In this document: one piece after another, positions 1 to 10,028 of the stretch
Layout of the letters: every line of letters begins with the position of its first letter
Position numbering within the stretch: position 1 is the first letter of the stretch
Assembly: GCA_963804995.1 (NCBI GenBank)
Contig: CAWDSK010000002.1
Coordinates: 640,001 to 704,000, forward strand
Direction: 5' to 3'
Origin: an uncultured Acidobacteriota bacterium
GTDB taxonomy: Bacteria; Acidobacteriota; Terriglobia; UBA7540
DNA: 64,000 nucleotides
Position numbers and translations under genes: made by a program
The notes under the pieces: model-generated
What the model saw: only the letters and a program-made list of their open reading frames with translations
What the model was told of the DNA's origin: nothing
The model's database searches: none

Positions 1-68
1 TCACCGGCGTAGTAGTTGATCAGCCGGTGGAGGTCAGGCACATCGCTTAGTTTGGCCTTGCGAATCAT
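1..68 (-). CDS. N-acetyltransferase (GNAT, ArgA-like amino-acid acetyltransferase), 5' part only; runs off window
   Basis: Manual translation MIRKAKLSDVPDLHRLINYYAG; lies downstream of argF on the same strand. Confidence 0.65.
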   Translation of the reverse strand, partial: MIRKAKLSDVPDLHRLINYYAG

Positions 69-138
69 CAGTGAAACATTCCCTTTTTGAAGCCGTTCGC
101 TGCCGGCCAGCGCCACGGCAGCCCCGGGGCATCCCCTT

Positions 139-212
139 GTAGCGCTGACCTTCAGAGCCTGCCCTGAGCACCGCGAAGGGTCAGCACGTGCCGACCTGAA
201 GGTCGGCGGTAC
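139..212. repeat. GTAG-type REP-like palindromic doublet with a 24-bp mini-element inserted
   Basis: GTAGCGCTGACCTTCAG[AGCCTGCCCTGAGCACCGCGAAGG]GTCAGCAC..GCCGACCTGAAGGTCGGCGGTAC; related doublets at 11617-11666 and 59117-59166. Confidence 0.7.
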
Positions 213-223
213 AAGTACCTACC

Positions 224-1195
224 CTAGGTCCCCTCATTTTGCAGGAGCAGCATCATGAGCGCCTTCTGCACGTGCAACCGGTTCTCCGCCTGGTCATAGA
301 CGACGGATTGAGGCGAATCGATGACCTCGTCCGTAACTTCGTGGCCCCGGTGCGCCGGAAGACAGTGCATGAACACGGCCGCAGGATCGGCGCCGGCCAT
401 CAGGTCTTTGGTCACGCGGTAGTTCGCAAAGACCTGGGACCGCAGGTGCGCGGCGTATTCCTGCCCCATGCTGGTCCAGACATCAGTATAAACCGCCTGC
501 GCCCCCAATACCGCATGAATCGGGTCGTGCATGGCCTCGATGGTCGCTCCGGTTTCGGTGGCAAAGGCGCGAGCGGTTTCCAGAATCTCCGCTTTGGGCT
601 CATAACCGGGCGGCGTCGCGACGCGAATGGACGCCCCGAACTTGGCGGCCAGGATCATCAGCGAGTGGCAGACGTTGTTGCCGTCACCCACGAACGCCAG
701 CTTCAATCCCTTCAGGCCGCCGAACTTCTCGTGCAGGGTGAAGAAATCTGCCAGCGCCTGACAGGGGTGGAAGAGGTCGGTCAGGGCGTTGATGACGGGA
801 ATGGACGAATTCGCGGCCAGCTCCAGAACGGAATCATGCGTGAAAGTCCGCGCCACGATGCCATGCACCCAGCGTTCGAGATTGCGGGCGATGTCCTTGA
901 TGGCCTCGCGCTCGCCCAGTCTTGGCTTGGTGTGGTCCAGGTAGACTGCATAACCACCCATGCTGGTCATGCCGACTTCAAAGGTGGTGCGAGTGCGCAG
1001 GGAGGGCTTCTCGAAAATCATTGCCAGTTGTTTTCCCCGCAGCGCCTGCGAGTATTTGCCGGGCACGGCCTTTACCCGTTCCGAAAGGTCAAAGATGAGC
1101 CTCAGATCGTCGTGCGTCAGATCCTGGTCAGCCAAGAGGCTCCGAACACTTAGGGTTACCGGTTTCTTCATGGTGGTTGTCATGACCGCGCTCAT
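224..1195 (-). CDS. argF: ornithine carbamoyltransferase
   Basis: SLRTR, HPCQ and FMHCLP motifs; arg operon context. Confidence 0.96.
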   Translation of the reverse strand: MSAVMTTTMKKPVTLSVRSLLADQDLTHDDLRLIFDLSERVKAVPGKYSQALRGKQLAMIFEKPSLRTRTTFEVGMTSMGGYAVYLDHTKPRLGEREAIKDIARNLERWVHGIVARTFTHDSVLELAANSSIPVINALTDLFHPCQALADFFTLHEKFGGLKGLKLAFVGDGNNVCHSLMILAAKFGASIRVATPPGYEPKAEILETARAFATETGATIEAMHDPIHAVLGAQAVYTDVWTSMGQEYAAHLRSQVFANYRVTKDLMAGADPAAVFMHCLPAHRGHEVTDEVIDSPQSVVYDQAENRLHVQKALMMLLLQNEGT

Positions 1196-2424
1196 GCGTT
1201 CACTCCCTTCATCTCGACCGCAGGCTGGAGGGCAGCCAGGATCGGCCGTAGCACCGCAACTAATTCGTCAACATGCCGGGGTTCGATAATCAGAGGCGGG
1301 AGGAAGCGCAGCACCTTGTCCTGCGTGCAGTTGATTACCACACCTGCTTCCAAGGCCTGCTGGACCACGGACTTGCCGGAGGTCCAGAGTTCCGCCGCCA
1401 CCATTAATCCCTCGCCGCGGACTTCCCGGATCACGGGAAGCTCCGACTGCAACTTTTCAAGCTGTGCGCGGAAATAAGCTCCCACTTGGCTGACTTGCGC
1501 TAAGAACCCGGGGCGCTCAAGAATCTCCAGCACCTTCAGCGCCAAACGGCATTGCAGCGGTCCACCCCCGAACGTCGTTCCGTGCATGCCGGGGGAAAAT
1601 GCCTGCGCGACTTGCTCTCGCGCCAGGATGGCAGCCAGGGGTAATCCCGCAGCCAGGGGTTTCGCTACCACCACCACGTCAGGCTGCAAGCCGAATTTCT
1701 CGTAGGCAAAGAAGCGCCCGGTCCGCCCCATCCCGCACTGGATCTCATCACAGATCAGCAGCGCTCCCTGGAGTTTGCAGAGTTCCGCAGCGGCCTTCAG
1801 AAAGTCTTCGTGGATTCGAACGACGCCGCCCTCGCCCTGAATCACTTCCACCAACACTGCCGCAACACGTGGTGTGAGATTCTCACGCAGGTGCGCAATA
1901 TCGTTCGGCCGGACAAACCGGACTCCGGGCGGCAGAGGCTCGAAGGGCTCGCGATACTTCTTCGGCCAAGTCGCCGAAAGCGCGCCAAACGTGCGCCCGT
2001 GAAAGGAATTTTCCAGGGCCAGAATCTCGTAACGATCAAAGGGCCCAGCTGGCGCGTGCTGGCGCGCATTAGCGCGGGCCAATTTCATCGCCCCCTCGAC
2101 GGCTTCCGTGCCGCTGTTCGCAAAGAAGGCGCGGCCCATTCCCGAAAGGCGTGTGAGCTTCTCCGCCAACGGCGCTTGATACGGGTGGTAGATCAGGTTG
2201 GAAACATGCAGGAGGGTTTCCGCCTCGTCGCGCAGCACAGCCAGGATTTCCGGGTGAGCATACCCGAGAGCATTCACCGCCAGGCCGCCCAGGAAATCGA
2301 GATACTTCTTCCCATTCTCATCGTAGAGGTAGCAACCCTCACCGCCCACGGCCAGGAGGGGAAGCCGTTCGTACGTGGGAATCAACACCTGCTTTTCGAG
2401 TTCTGCAATCTGTTGGCGGTTCAT
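1192..2424 (-). CDS. argD: acetylornithine aminotransferase
   Basis: Class III PLP motifs FHGRT, DEIQCGMGRTG, HGTTFGG. Confidence 0.95.
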   Translation of the reverse strand: MNRQQIAELEKQVLIPTYERLPLLAVGGEGCYLYDENGKKYLDFLGGLAVNALGYAHPEILAVLRDEAETLLHVSNLIYHPYQAPLAEKLTRLSGMGRAFFANSGTEAVEGAMKLARANARQHAPAGPFDRYEILALENSFHGRTFGALSATWPKKYREPFEPLPPGVRFVRPNDIAHLRENLTPRVAAVLVEVIQGEGGVVRIHEDFLKAAAELCKLQGALLICDEIQCGMGRTGRFFAYEKFGLQPDVVVVAKPLAAGLPLAAILAREQVAQAFSPGMHGTTFGGGPLQCRLALKVLEILERPGFLAQVSQVGAYFRAQLEKLQSELPVIREVRGEGLMVAAELWTSGKSVVQQALEAGVVINCTQDKVLRFLPPLIIEPRHVDELVAVLRPILAALQPAVEMKGVNA

Positions 2425-3221
2425 TTGCCCTTCACAATCCGTGTGCCGGCGGTTTTCCCGCTCTCGATCGCACGCCGCAACGCGTTGGGGGCAGTCGTTG
2501 AGAGGATGTCTACTTCGCCCACGTCGTTGCGCAGCGTCCGCGCGCAGGAGAGCAGCTTCGGAATCATGCCGTCACGAACCACGCCTTTGTCGATTAGGTG
2601 GCGGATCTCACTGAGCTTCACCACGGGGAGCAGGCGCTTCTCCGCGTCCCAAACGCCGCCTGATTCCGTGAGGTAGAGGAGGCGGTCGGCCTTCAGCGCC
2701 ACCGCCAGCGCCGCCGCCAAATCGTCGGCGTTGATGTTTAGAAATTCGCCGCGGGCATTCACGCCCAGGCTGGCGACGACCGGGATCATGCCGCCTTGCA
2801 TGGCAATGTCCAGCACAGTGGTCTTGACCTTGTGCGGCCGCCCGACAAAGCCCAAATCCTTCTTGTGGCCATTCACGCCCACAGTCAACTTGCGCGCCCG
2901 CACCAGGCTGCCATCGCCACCACAGAGGCCCAATGCAGGCTGTCCCAGGCTTTCGAGCTCCGCCACCCACTGCTTGTTCACGAGGCCCGCCAGCACCATC
3001 ATGGCTACGTCGCGGGTAGCCGCGTCGGTGACGCGCAGGCCGTTGTGAAACTCCGTCGAGATGCCCAGGCGCTCGAGAGTGCGGGTCAGAACCTTGCCGC
3101 CGCCATGCACCACCACTACGGAATGGCCGGCCCGGCATATTGCCGCGATTTGGCGCGCCAAGTTCTTGCGGCCCTTGGGATCCTCTGCACCGTGCCCGCC
3201 GATTTTGATGACCAACTTCAT
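2421..3221 (-). CDS. argB: acetylglutamate kinase
   Basis: VIKIGG, VVHGGG, GLRVTD, NINAD, GMIPK motifs. Confidence 0.95.
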   Translation of the reverse strand: MKLVIKIGGHGAEDPKGRKNLARQIAAICRAGHSVVVVHGGGKVLTRTLERLGISTEFHNGLRVTDAATRDVAMMVLAGLVNKQWVAELESLGQPALGLCGGDGSLVRARKLTVGVNGHKKDLGFVGRPHKVKTTVLDIAMQGGMIPVVASLGVNARGEFLNINADDLAAALAVALKADRLLYLTESGGVWDAEKRLLPVVKLSEIRHLIDKGVVRDGMIPKLLSCARTLRNDVGEVDILSTTAPNALRRAIESGKTAGTRIVKGK

Positions 3222-3237
3222 TTTCAAATCTCAAATT

Positions 3238-4347
3238 TCAGAGCAAGCCGGTTTCTTGAGGGAAGCCAAACATCACGTTCATGTTCTGAACCGCCTGCCC
3301 CGCTGCACCCTTGCCCAGGTTGTCGAGAGTGGAGACCAGGATCAGTCTTCCCGTCGCGGCATTCAGCGCGAACCCGATGTCGGCAAACTGCGTGTTCGCT
3401 ACACCTTGGATCTCCGGCAACGTTCCCGCCGGATAAATGCGCACCATGGGCGCCCCTGCGTAAAAATCCTGGAAGAGCGCTTCGACCTCGCTCACCTCAT
3501 GCGGCTTGGTAAGACGCAAGTAAATCGTGCTCAGGATGCCCCGCGTGATCGGCAGGAGGTGAGGCGTGAAGATGAAATCCTTTTCCGCGAGATCAAGAGC
3601 CTGAAGCATCTCCGGCACGTGGCGATGATGGAAAACACCGTAAGCGCGCAGGTTCTCGTTGACCTCAGGGAAGTGATATTTCTCGCCGGGTGTCCGGCCG
3701 GCTCCGCTGACGCCGGATTTCGAATCTGCGATGATGCCCGCGCGGACATCCACCCAGCCGGCCCGGAGGAGCGGCGCCAGCGCCAGGATGACGGACGTGG
3801 CGTAGCAGCCGGGATTCGCGATCAGCCGCGCCTTGGCGATAGCCGGCGAATCAAATTCCGGAATACCGTAAACCGCCTCGGCAAGCGCCTCTGGCTGATG
3901 GTGTTCAAAACCGTACCAGCGCGGGTAGACCTCAGAGTTTTTCAACCGGAAGGCTGCGCTCAGATCCACCACGCGCAGGCCGCTTTCAACAAGCGCCGGG
4001 GCCACCTGGAGTGAAGTCTCGTGGGGAGTGGCGAGGAAAACCACTTCGCACCCGGAGGCCGTCAGTTGCTCGACGTCCAGCGGCTCGCACAAAGCGGCAA
4101 AACGCCCCCGCAATTTGGGATGGACCTGCTCAATGGGGAAGGCCTTCTTGCCGCCCTTTCCGGACGACATCAGCCGGGTTACGGCAGCGTTGGGGTGGCG
4201 GCCCAGGATGGTCAGGATCTCGCCCCCGGCGTAACCCGTGGCACCGACGAGGGCGGCATGAATCAGCGGCCGGCTCACCGACCCTGCCCCTGTCCGTTTA
4301 GACGTCTTGGTTTCAACTGCAGTGCTCAAGGCTCTCCCACACCCCAT
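3238..4347 (-). CDS. argC: N-acetyl-gamma-glutamyl-phosphate reductase (start uncertain)
   Basis: GATGYAG, IANPGCY, SGVSGAG, DNLGKGAAGQAVQ motifs. Confidence 0.95.
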   Translation of the reverse strand: MGCGRALSTAVETKTSKRTGAGSVSRPLIHAALVGATGYAGGEILTILGRHPNAAVTRLMSSGKGGKKAFPIEQVHPKLRGRFAALCEPLDVEQLTASGCEVVFLATPHETSLQVAPALVESGLRVVDLSAAFRLKNSEVYPRWYGFEHHQPEALAEAVYGIPEFDSPAIAKARLIANPGCYATSVILALAPLLRAGWVDVRAGIIADSKSGVSGAGRTPGEKYHFPEVNENLRAYGVFHHRHVPEMLQALDLAEKDFIFTPHLLPITRGILSTIYLRLTKPHEVSEVEALFQDFYAGAPMVRIYPAGTLPEIQGVANTQFADIGFALNAATGRLILVSTLDNLGKGAAGQAVQNMNVMFGFPQETGLL

Positions 4348-4355
4348 GTTTGGCT

Positions 4356-4422
4356 AAAGCATATTTATACAGGCTGTGTATAAATATTCTCTTTTATAGC
4401 GGAGGAGGGGCTTGCCTGTCAA
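4356..4422 (-). promoter_or_regulatory. sigma70-type promoter of arg operon with tandem ARG (ArgR) boxes
   Basis: Minus strand TTGACA-N18-TATAAA followed by AGAATATTTATACA and TGTATAAATATGCT, resembling the TGAATwwwwATTCA ARG-box consensus. Confidence 0.75.
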
Positions 4423-4610
4423 GAAAAAACTCAATCCCCTGAAAGGTTTAGCCGACTGGTAAGTGTGCGAACGGGCGCTCCGGCAGTGCCGAGAATTCGA
4501 TTGGAGATCTCATGCTAAGCTCGGAAAGCGCGCCACTACCGCATCCGCTCAAGTATAATATCGGCTTCGGGCCCTGCCAGATTGAGGTTCATATGCCGGG
4601 AGGATTGGGA

Positions 4611-5363
4611 ATGCGTCGTCTCGCCTTGCTTGCCTGCTGGTGTTTACTTGGAGTTTCCGCGACCGGACTTGCGGCGCAGGTCAAAACTCAGGACATTACC
4701 TTCCCCAGCGGCGATGAGACCATTGCGGGTTATCTGGCTCTACCCGAATCTGGCGGCAAGCATCCGGCCTTGGTGGTCATCCACGAATGGTGGGGGTTGA
4801 ACGACTGGGTCAAAGAGCAGGCCCGCAAGTTGGCGGAGCAGGGGTACGTAGCTCTGGCAGTGGATCTTTATCGCGGCCAAGTTGCTTACGACCCCACCCT
4901 GGCCTACGAACTGAGCCATGGCATGCCGCAAGACCGTGCCCTGCGCGACCTGAAGGCCGCCTATGATTACCTGGCGGCGCGTCCTGACGTGCTGAGTGCG
5001 AAAATCGGTTCCATCGGCTGGTGCATGGGGGGCGGGCTTTCCCTGCAATTGGCGGTTAACGAGCCGCGGCTGGCGGCTTGCGTCGTGAGCTATGGTTCCA
5101 TGCCCAGAGACGCGGCGGACATTCAAAAGATTCACGCCCCGGTGCTCGGCAGTTTCGGCGCTGAGGATCGCGACATTCCCCCCAGCGTCGTCGAGGCTTT
5201 CGAGAAAGCTATGGAGGCGGCGAACAAATCCATCGACGTGAAGATCTATCCGGGCGCCGGCCACGCCTTTGAGAATCCCAACAATAAATTGGGCTATAAA
5301 GAAGGTCCTGCTACGGACGCCTGGAATCGCACCTTGGCCTTCCTCGATCACAACCTAAAATAG
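4611..5363 (+). CDS. dienelactone hydrolase family protein with signal peptide
   Basis: VVIHEWWGLN, GWCMGG nucleophile elbow, YPGAGHAF; hydrophobic N-terminus. Confidence 0.9.
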   Translation: MRRLALLACWCLLGVSATGLAAQVKTQDITFPSGDETIAGYLALPESGGKHPALVVIHEWWGLNDWVKEQARKLAEQGYVALAVDLYRGQVAYDPTLAYELSHGMPQDRALRDLKAAYDYLAARPDVLSAKIGSIGWCMGGGLSLQLAVNEPRLAACVVSYGSMPRDAADIQKIHAPVLGSFGAEDRDIPPSVVEAFEKAMEAANKSIDVKIYPGAGHAFENPNNKLGYKEGPATDAWNRTLAFLDHNLK

Positions 5364-5403
5364 CTCCGGAGGGATTCGAGACGCGGCACTAACCCTTGCT
5401 TTC

Positions 5404-6689
5404 TCATGCCAGGGGGTAGAAGAGCTTCCCTCCGCGCACCGTCACGACAGGAAAAAGCTTGTGCTGTCCCGTGCGGGTCTTGGCCACCGAATCCGTATAG
5501 GTGAATTCACCGTCGCGCAGTTCGAGGACGCTCACATCGGCTTCGGCGCCCGGCCTCAGCGTGCCGATTTCTGCACCAAAATCGAAGGTCGCGGCGGCAT
5601 TCACGGTCGAGCGCGTGATGACATCTCGCAGGTTCATGCCTAAGAGAAGGAATTTCGAAAGCGTGGTGGTCAGATCGTAGACGGGTCCATTGATGTTGGC
5701 GGTGTACAGATCGCTGGAAATAGTGTCGGGCGGGAACCCATCCTGCAAGCACTTCTCGATGATGTCGAAAGAAAAGCTCCCCGCCCCGTGGCCAACATCG
5801 AATCGCACCCCGCGCTGTCGAGCCTCGCGCACTTCCGGGGTGATTTTGCCCGCACTGTCGAGCAAGCCATGCGGGTGATCATTATAAGAGTGGGTCACCA
5901 CATCCCCCTTCCGCATCAGCGCCAGCAAATCTCCCAGAGGCGTGTAAGAACCTCCAATGTGAATCATCAAGGGCAGGCGTGCTTCGTCGGCGGCAGCACG
6001 TGCTCGCTTCATGCCTTCCAAATCGTTTGGCCCAGTATATTTCTCAGAAAAGCGAATTTTGAAACCCACGATCACATCGCGGTTTTCGCCCGCGACCTGG
6101 GCGGCGAGCTTGGGATCGCAATAGCGCAGGTCTTCGAGTTCACCCAGGTTGCCGCCCACCATGCCGATGGAAACGATGTGCAGCAGCGCCCGGACACGCG
6201 TGGCGGCTTGTGAAATTGTGAATTTGCGGAAGGCCGCGAAGGTAAACGCTCCGGAAGTCCCGGCGTCAATCACGGTTGTGACGCCGCGCGTGACGAAGTA
6301 GGGGTCAGGTTCAATGCCGTAAGGTCCGACGTAAGGAAACACATGCGTGTGCAAATCAATAAGGCCGGGCGTGACGATTTTGCCGGAAGCGTTGACCACC
6401 TGGCGCGCCTGTGCGGCGGGAAGGTCGCGCTCCAGGCGGGCGATCTTGCCTCCTGCGATGGCAACGTCGCGGGCCTCCTCGAGGTCTTGGGAAGGGTCGA
6501 TGACTTTGCCACCCTTGATGAGCAAGTCAAAGGGTTTGCCATCGGCTGTCGGGCGGGCGAGGTCTGCTGTCCCAGGGGCGCCTGCCTCGGCTGGCCAGCG
6601 GTGAGGCCGCGAAGAGGAGGGGATCTCCCGGCGCCTGCCAGCCACTCCCGCCGCGAGAGGCTCAGCGCGGCTTGTCCCACTATTCCCAT
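5404..6689 (-). CDS. Tat-exported amidohydrolase/dihydroorotase-like metallohydrolase; leader out of frame with catalytic domain
   Basis: PGLIDLHTH, DVGHGAGSF, ISSD motifs in 5404-6645; RBS-preceded ATG at 6689 gives SRREWL twin-arginine motif in another frame. Confidence 0.8.
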
Positions 6690-6766
6690 GGTGTTTCTCC
6701 TTTTAGGGTCCCTTTGTTGACAAAGCGATTTTTCCGGACCGGAGTTGTCGAATTCCAGTCTTGACG

Positions 6767-6792
6767 AAAAAGGCCGCCCGTGAAGGGCGGCC
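6767..6792 (-). terminator. intrinsic terminator after sdhB
   Basis: GGCCGCCC-TTCAC-GGGCGGCC followed by TTTTT on minus strand. Confidence 0.75.
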
Positions 6793-6816
6793 GTGGTCCG
6801 AAAAGCGCAGTGGTCG

Positions 6817-7518
6817 TCAAATCTTCCGGTACAGCAGCGCCTTCTTCACCTCGCCGATGGCGCGCGTCACATTAATGTCGCGCGGACAAGCCTCCACGCA
6901 ATTAAAAATCGTTCGGCAGCGCCAGACACCTTCGACTGTGTTCAAGACTTCCATGCGATCCTCGCCGCCCTCATCGCGGGAGTCGAAGAGGAAGCGATGG
7001 GCATTGACGATTGCGGCCGGGCCCACGTACTCGCCGTCCGCCCAGAAGGACGGGCAACCGGATGTGCACGCACCACACAGAATGCACTTGGTCGTGTCGT
7101 CGAACTTCTCGCGGTCTTCGGGTGACTGGAGGCGTTCCTTTTCCGGCTCGGGAGTGTGCGTGATGAGGTACGGTTTGACACTGCGATATTTGGCCAGGAA
7201 CGCGTCCATATCCACAAGCAGGTCTTTGATGACGCTGTAGCCACGCAATGGCTCGATGGTAATCTTCTGCCCCAGGTCTTTGAGCAGCAGCTTGCACGCC
7301 AGGCGGTTGGATCCGTTGATCTGCATCGCGTCGGAGCCACAGACTCCGTGCGCGCAGGAGCGTCGATAGGTGAGCGAGCCGTCCAGGTACCACTTTACAT
7401 GGTTCAGCGCATCGAGCAGGCGGTCCGTGGGCTCGGCATCAATCTTGTATTCGCCCCACCAGGCTTGCTTGTCCTTTTCAGGATTGAAGCGCTTGATTCG
7501 AAGAGTGACCTGCATCAT
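6817..7518 (-). CDS. sdhB: succinate dehydrogenase iron-sulfur subunit
   Basis: SCAHGVCGSD, CILCGAC, CRTIFNCVEACP Fe-S motifs. Confidence 0.96.
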   Translation of the reverse strand: MMQVTLRIKRFNPEKDKQAWWGEYKIDAEPTDRLLDALNHVKWYLDGSLTYRRSCAHGVCGSDAMQINGSNRLACKLLLKDLGQKITIEPLRGYSVIKDLLVDMDAFLAKYRSVKPYLITHTPEPEKERLQSPEDREKFDDTTKCILCGACTSGCPSFWADGEYVGPAAIVNAHRFLFDSRDEGGEDRMEVLNTVEGVWRCRTIFNCVEACPRDINVTRAIGEVKKALLYRKI

Positions 7519-7580
7519 GAACTCCTGGGGACTGGAGGCTGGGTTCTGGGGGCTGGAGAGCGACTTAACCCAGTCCCTAG

Positions 7581-7783
7581 TGTGGTGTCCCGGTTAATAT
7601 TTGACAAGGCTGTCCGACCCCCTCACCCCCCAGCCCCTCTCCCCCAAAGGGGCGAGGGGAGAGTTAATTCTCTTGCCCTCGCCCCTTTGGGGGAGAGGGT
7701 GGCTGGACGAGGCGTTCTCATCAGCCGAGGCCAGACGGGTGAGGGGGTTCTACCCCTTGTCAACTCTAGCACGGGACACCACA
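7581..7783. mobile_element. MITE with TGTGGTGTCCCG terminal inverted repeats, flanked by CTAG, containing CCCCTCTCCC/GGGAGAGGG palindromic repeats
   Basis: CTAG|TGTGGTGTCCCG...CGGGACACCACA|CTAG (CTAG at 7577-7580 and 7784-7787). Confidence 0.75.
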
Positions 7784-7811
7784 CTAGAACCCAGCCCCTA
7801 GCACCGCTTTT

Positions 7812-9536
7812 TCAGTACTTTCTCTCCATGGGCTGAAACTTGGTAATAGTCACGGGTTTAAACTTCAGCTCAACACCCTGGGGTGATTGATAGGCCAGCG
7901 TATGTTTCAGCCAGTTAACGTCGTCTCGCTTCGAGAAATCTTCCCGCGAGTGGCCACCGCGGCTTTCCTGGCGTGCCAGGGCGCTCTCCACCAGAACATC
8001 TGCCAAATCCAGCAGGCCACCGAGTTCGATCACCTCCAGCAACTCGGTGTTGTAACGCATGCCGCGATCCTCAGATTTCACATGCCGGTAGCGCTCACGC
8101 AACTCCCGCAACTTCTCGCGCAGGGCGGTAAGCCCCTGGGCGTCGCGGAATACGGAGGCTTTGTCCATCATTTCGTCCTGGAGCACGTCGCGAATGTCCG
8201 CCGCGCGTTCCTTGCCTGTGGAATTGAGCACCTGGCTCACCATGGCGCGGGAGCGTTCGTCAGCGTTGGCGGGAAGTGGAACCCAGTCATTCTCCTGAAT
8301 AAACTTACGCGCGTGCCGACCGCCGCGCCGGCCAAAGACCAGGATATCCACCAGTGAATTCGTCCCCAGGCGGTTCGCCCCATGCACGGATACGCAAGCG
8401 ACCTCGCCCGCGGCATAGAGTCCTGGCAGCGGTGTATTCTTTTCGTCGATCACCACCCGTCCGTCAACGTCGGTGGGAATCCCGCCCATGGCGTAGTGGG
8501 CGGTGGGTTGGACGGGAACGGGTTGGGTCAGCGGGTCGATGCCCAGATAGGTCCTGACAAATTCTGTAATGTCCGGGAGCTTCTTATCCAAAACCTCGCT
8601 TCCCAGGTGCGTCATGTCCAGGTGAACGTAATTCTTTCCGTCGATGCCGCGCCCCTCGCGGATTTCCCGATACATGGCGCGTGAGACCATGTCGCGCGGA
8701 GCGAGGTCGAGCAGGGTAGGCGCGTAGCGCTCCATAAAGCGCTCGTTGAGCTTGTTCCGCAGGATAGCGCCCTCGCCGCGCGCCGCTTCACTGAGCAGGA
8801 TGCCCATCTTGTAAATGCCCGTGGGGTGAAACTGGAAGAATTCCATATCCTCCAGCGGAATCCCGCGGCGATAGACCACCGCCATACCGTCGCCTGTCAG
8901 CGAGTGTGCGTTGGAGCTGACGCGAAACATCTTGCCGCAGCCACCTGTAGCGAAGAGGACTGCCTTGGCATGGAAGGTGTGAATCTCCCCCGTGGCCAGG
9001 CAGAGCGCCACCACCCCCGCGCACCGGCCATTCTCTACCAGCAGGTCAAGGACGTGATACTCGTTGTAGAAGTGGACGTTGTTCTTAATGCATTGCTGGT
9101 AGCAGGTTTGGAGAATCATGTGCCCGGTGCGGTCCGCGGCGTAACAAGCCCGGCGCACCGGAGCTTTGCCAAACTCCTTGGTGTGCCCGCCGAAGGGCCG
9201 CTGCGCGATCTTCCCTTCGGGTGTGCGGCTGAAAGGCAAGCCCCAGTGTTCGAGGTCATACACGGTCTCGATCGCTTCCCGGCAGAGGATTTCGACTGCG
9301 TCCTGGTCAGCCAGGTAGTCGCTGCCCTTGACCGTGTCGAACATGTGCCATTCCCAATGGTCTTCTTCCATATTGCCGAGTGCGGCGCCTATACCCCCCT
9401 GCGCCGTGCCTGTGTGCGACCGCGTGGGATAGAGTTTACTAAGCACCGCGACATTCCCCTGTCCGGCCAGTTGCAGCGCAGCCATCAGGCCGGCGCCCCC
9501 TGCTCCAACTACCACTGCGTCATAACGTTGGACCAT
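7812..9536 (-). CDS. sdhA: succinate dehydrogenase flavoprotein subunit
   Basis: GAGGAG, RSHTGTAQGG (FAD His), QFHPTG, HGANRLGTNSL. Confidence 0.97.
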   Translation of the reverse strand: MVQRYDAVVVGAGGAGLMAALQLAGQGNVAVLSKLYPTRSHTGTAQGGIGAALGNMEEDHWEWHMFDTVKGSDYLADQDAVEILCREAIETVYDLEHWGLPFSRTPEGKIAQRPFGGHTKEFGKAPVRRACYAADRTGHMILQTCYQQCIKNNVHFYNEYHVLDLLVENGRCAGVVALCLATGEIHTFHAKAVLFATGGCGKMFRVSSNAHSLTGDGMAVVYRRGIPLEDMEFFQFHPTGIYKMGILLSEAARGEGAILRNKLNERFMERYAPTLLDLAPRDMVSRAMYREIREGRGIDGKNYVHLDMTHLGSEVLDKKLPDITEFVRTYLGIDPLTQPVPVQPTAHYAMGGIPTDVDGRVVIDEKNTPLPGLYAAGEVACVSVHGANRLGTNSLVDILVFGRRGGRHARKFIQENDWVPLPANADERSRAMVSQVLNSTGKERAADIRDVLQDEMMDKASVFRDAQGLTALREKLRELRERYRHVKSEDRGMRYNTELLEVIELGGLLDLADVLVESALARQESRGGHSREDFSKRDDVNWLKHTLAYQSPQGVELKFKPVTITKFQPMERKY

Positions 9537-9638
9537 GTGATCAAGCCTCAGAATAATTTCAAGCGTGTTGTGGCTTCCCGTTTTTGGTGGCCTCTGGGAG
9601 AATCTGTCCCGGAAGCTTCCTGGTCCTCCCGTCGCCGC

Positions 9639-10019
9639 TCAAGGAGCTACGGGAGCCTGGAATGTCAGGATAGCGATTGATCCCAGCGCCAGGAGAACAA
9701 AACCGAGCAGGTAAAGAGAAGCCAGGGAAGCGGCCCGCCAGCCGCGCGGACTTATGTAATCCACCAGTACAGTCCGCACGCCATTCACGCCGTGGATCAT
9801 CGCCAGCCACAACATCACCAAGTCGTAAGTCCGCCAGAAGGGCGTGGCGTAACGTGCCGCCACAAATTGGAAGTCAATATTATCGACGTTATGGATAATG
9901 TGCATGATCAGGAGATGGCCCAGTGCCAGGAAAAGCAGGGCAAGGCCTGAGATCCGCATGAAGATCCAGGCGTAGAGCTCCAGCCCACTCTCCGGTCTCG
10001 GTTTTCCCGCTCCACTCAT
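9639..10019 (-). CDS. sdhD: succinate dehydrogenase membrane anchor subunit
   Basis: MRISGLAL..H, HGVNG heme-ligand motif, three TM segments, operon position. Confidence 0.88.
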   Translation of the reverse strand: MSGAGKPRPESGLELYAWIFMRISGLALLFLALGHLLIMHIIHNVDNIDFQFVAARYATPFWRTYDLVMLWLAMIHGVNGVRTVLVDYISPRGWRAASLASLYLLGFVLLALGSIAILTFQAPVAP

Positions 10020-10028
10020 TGCTCCCCC

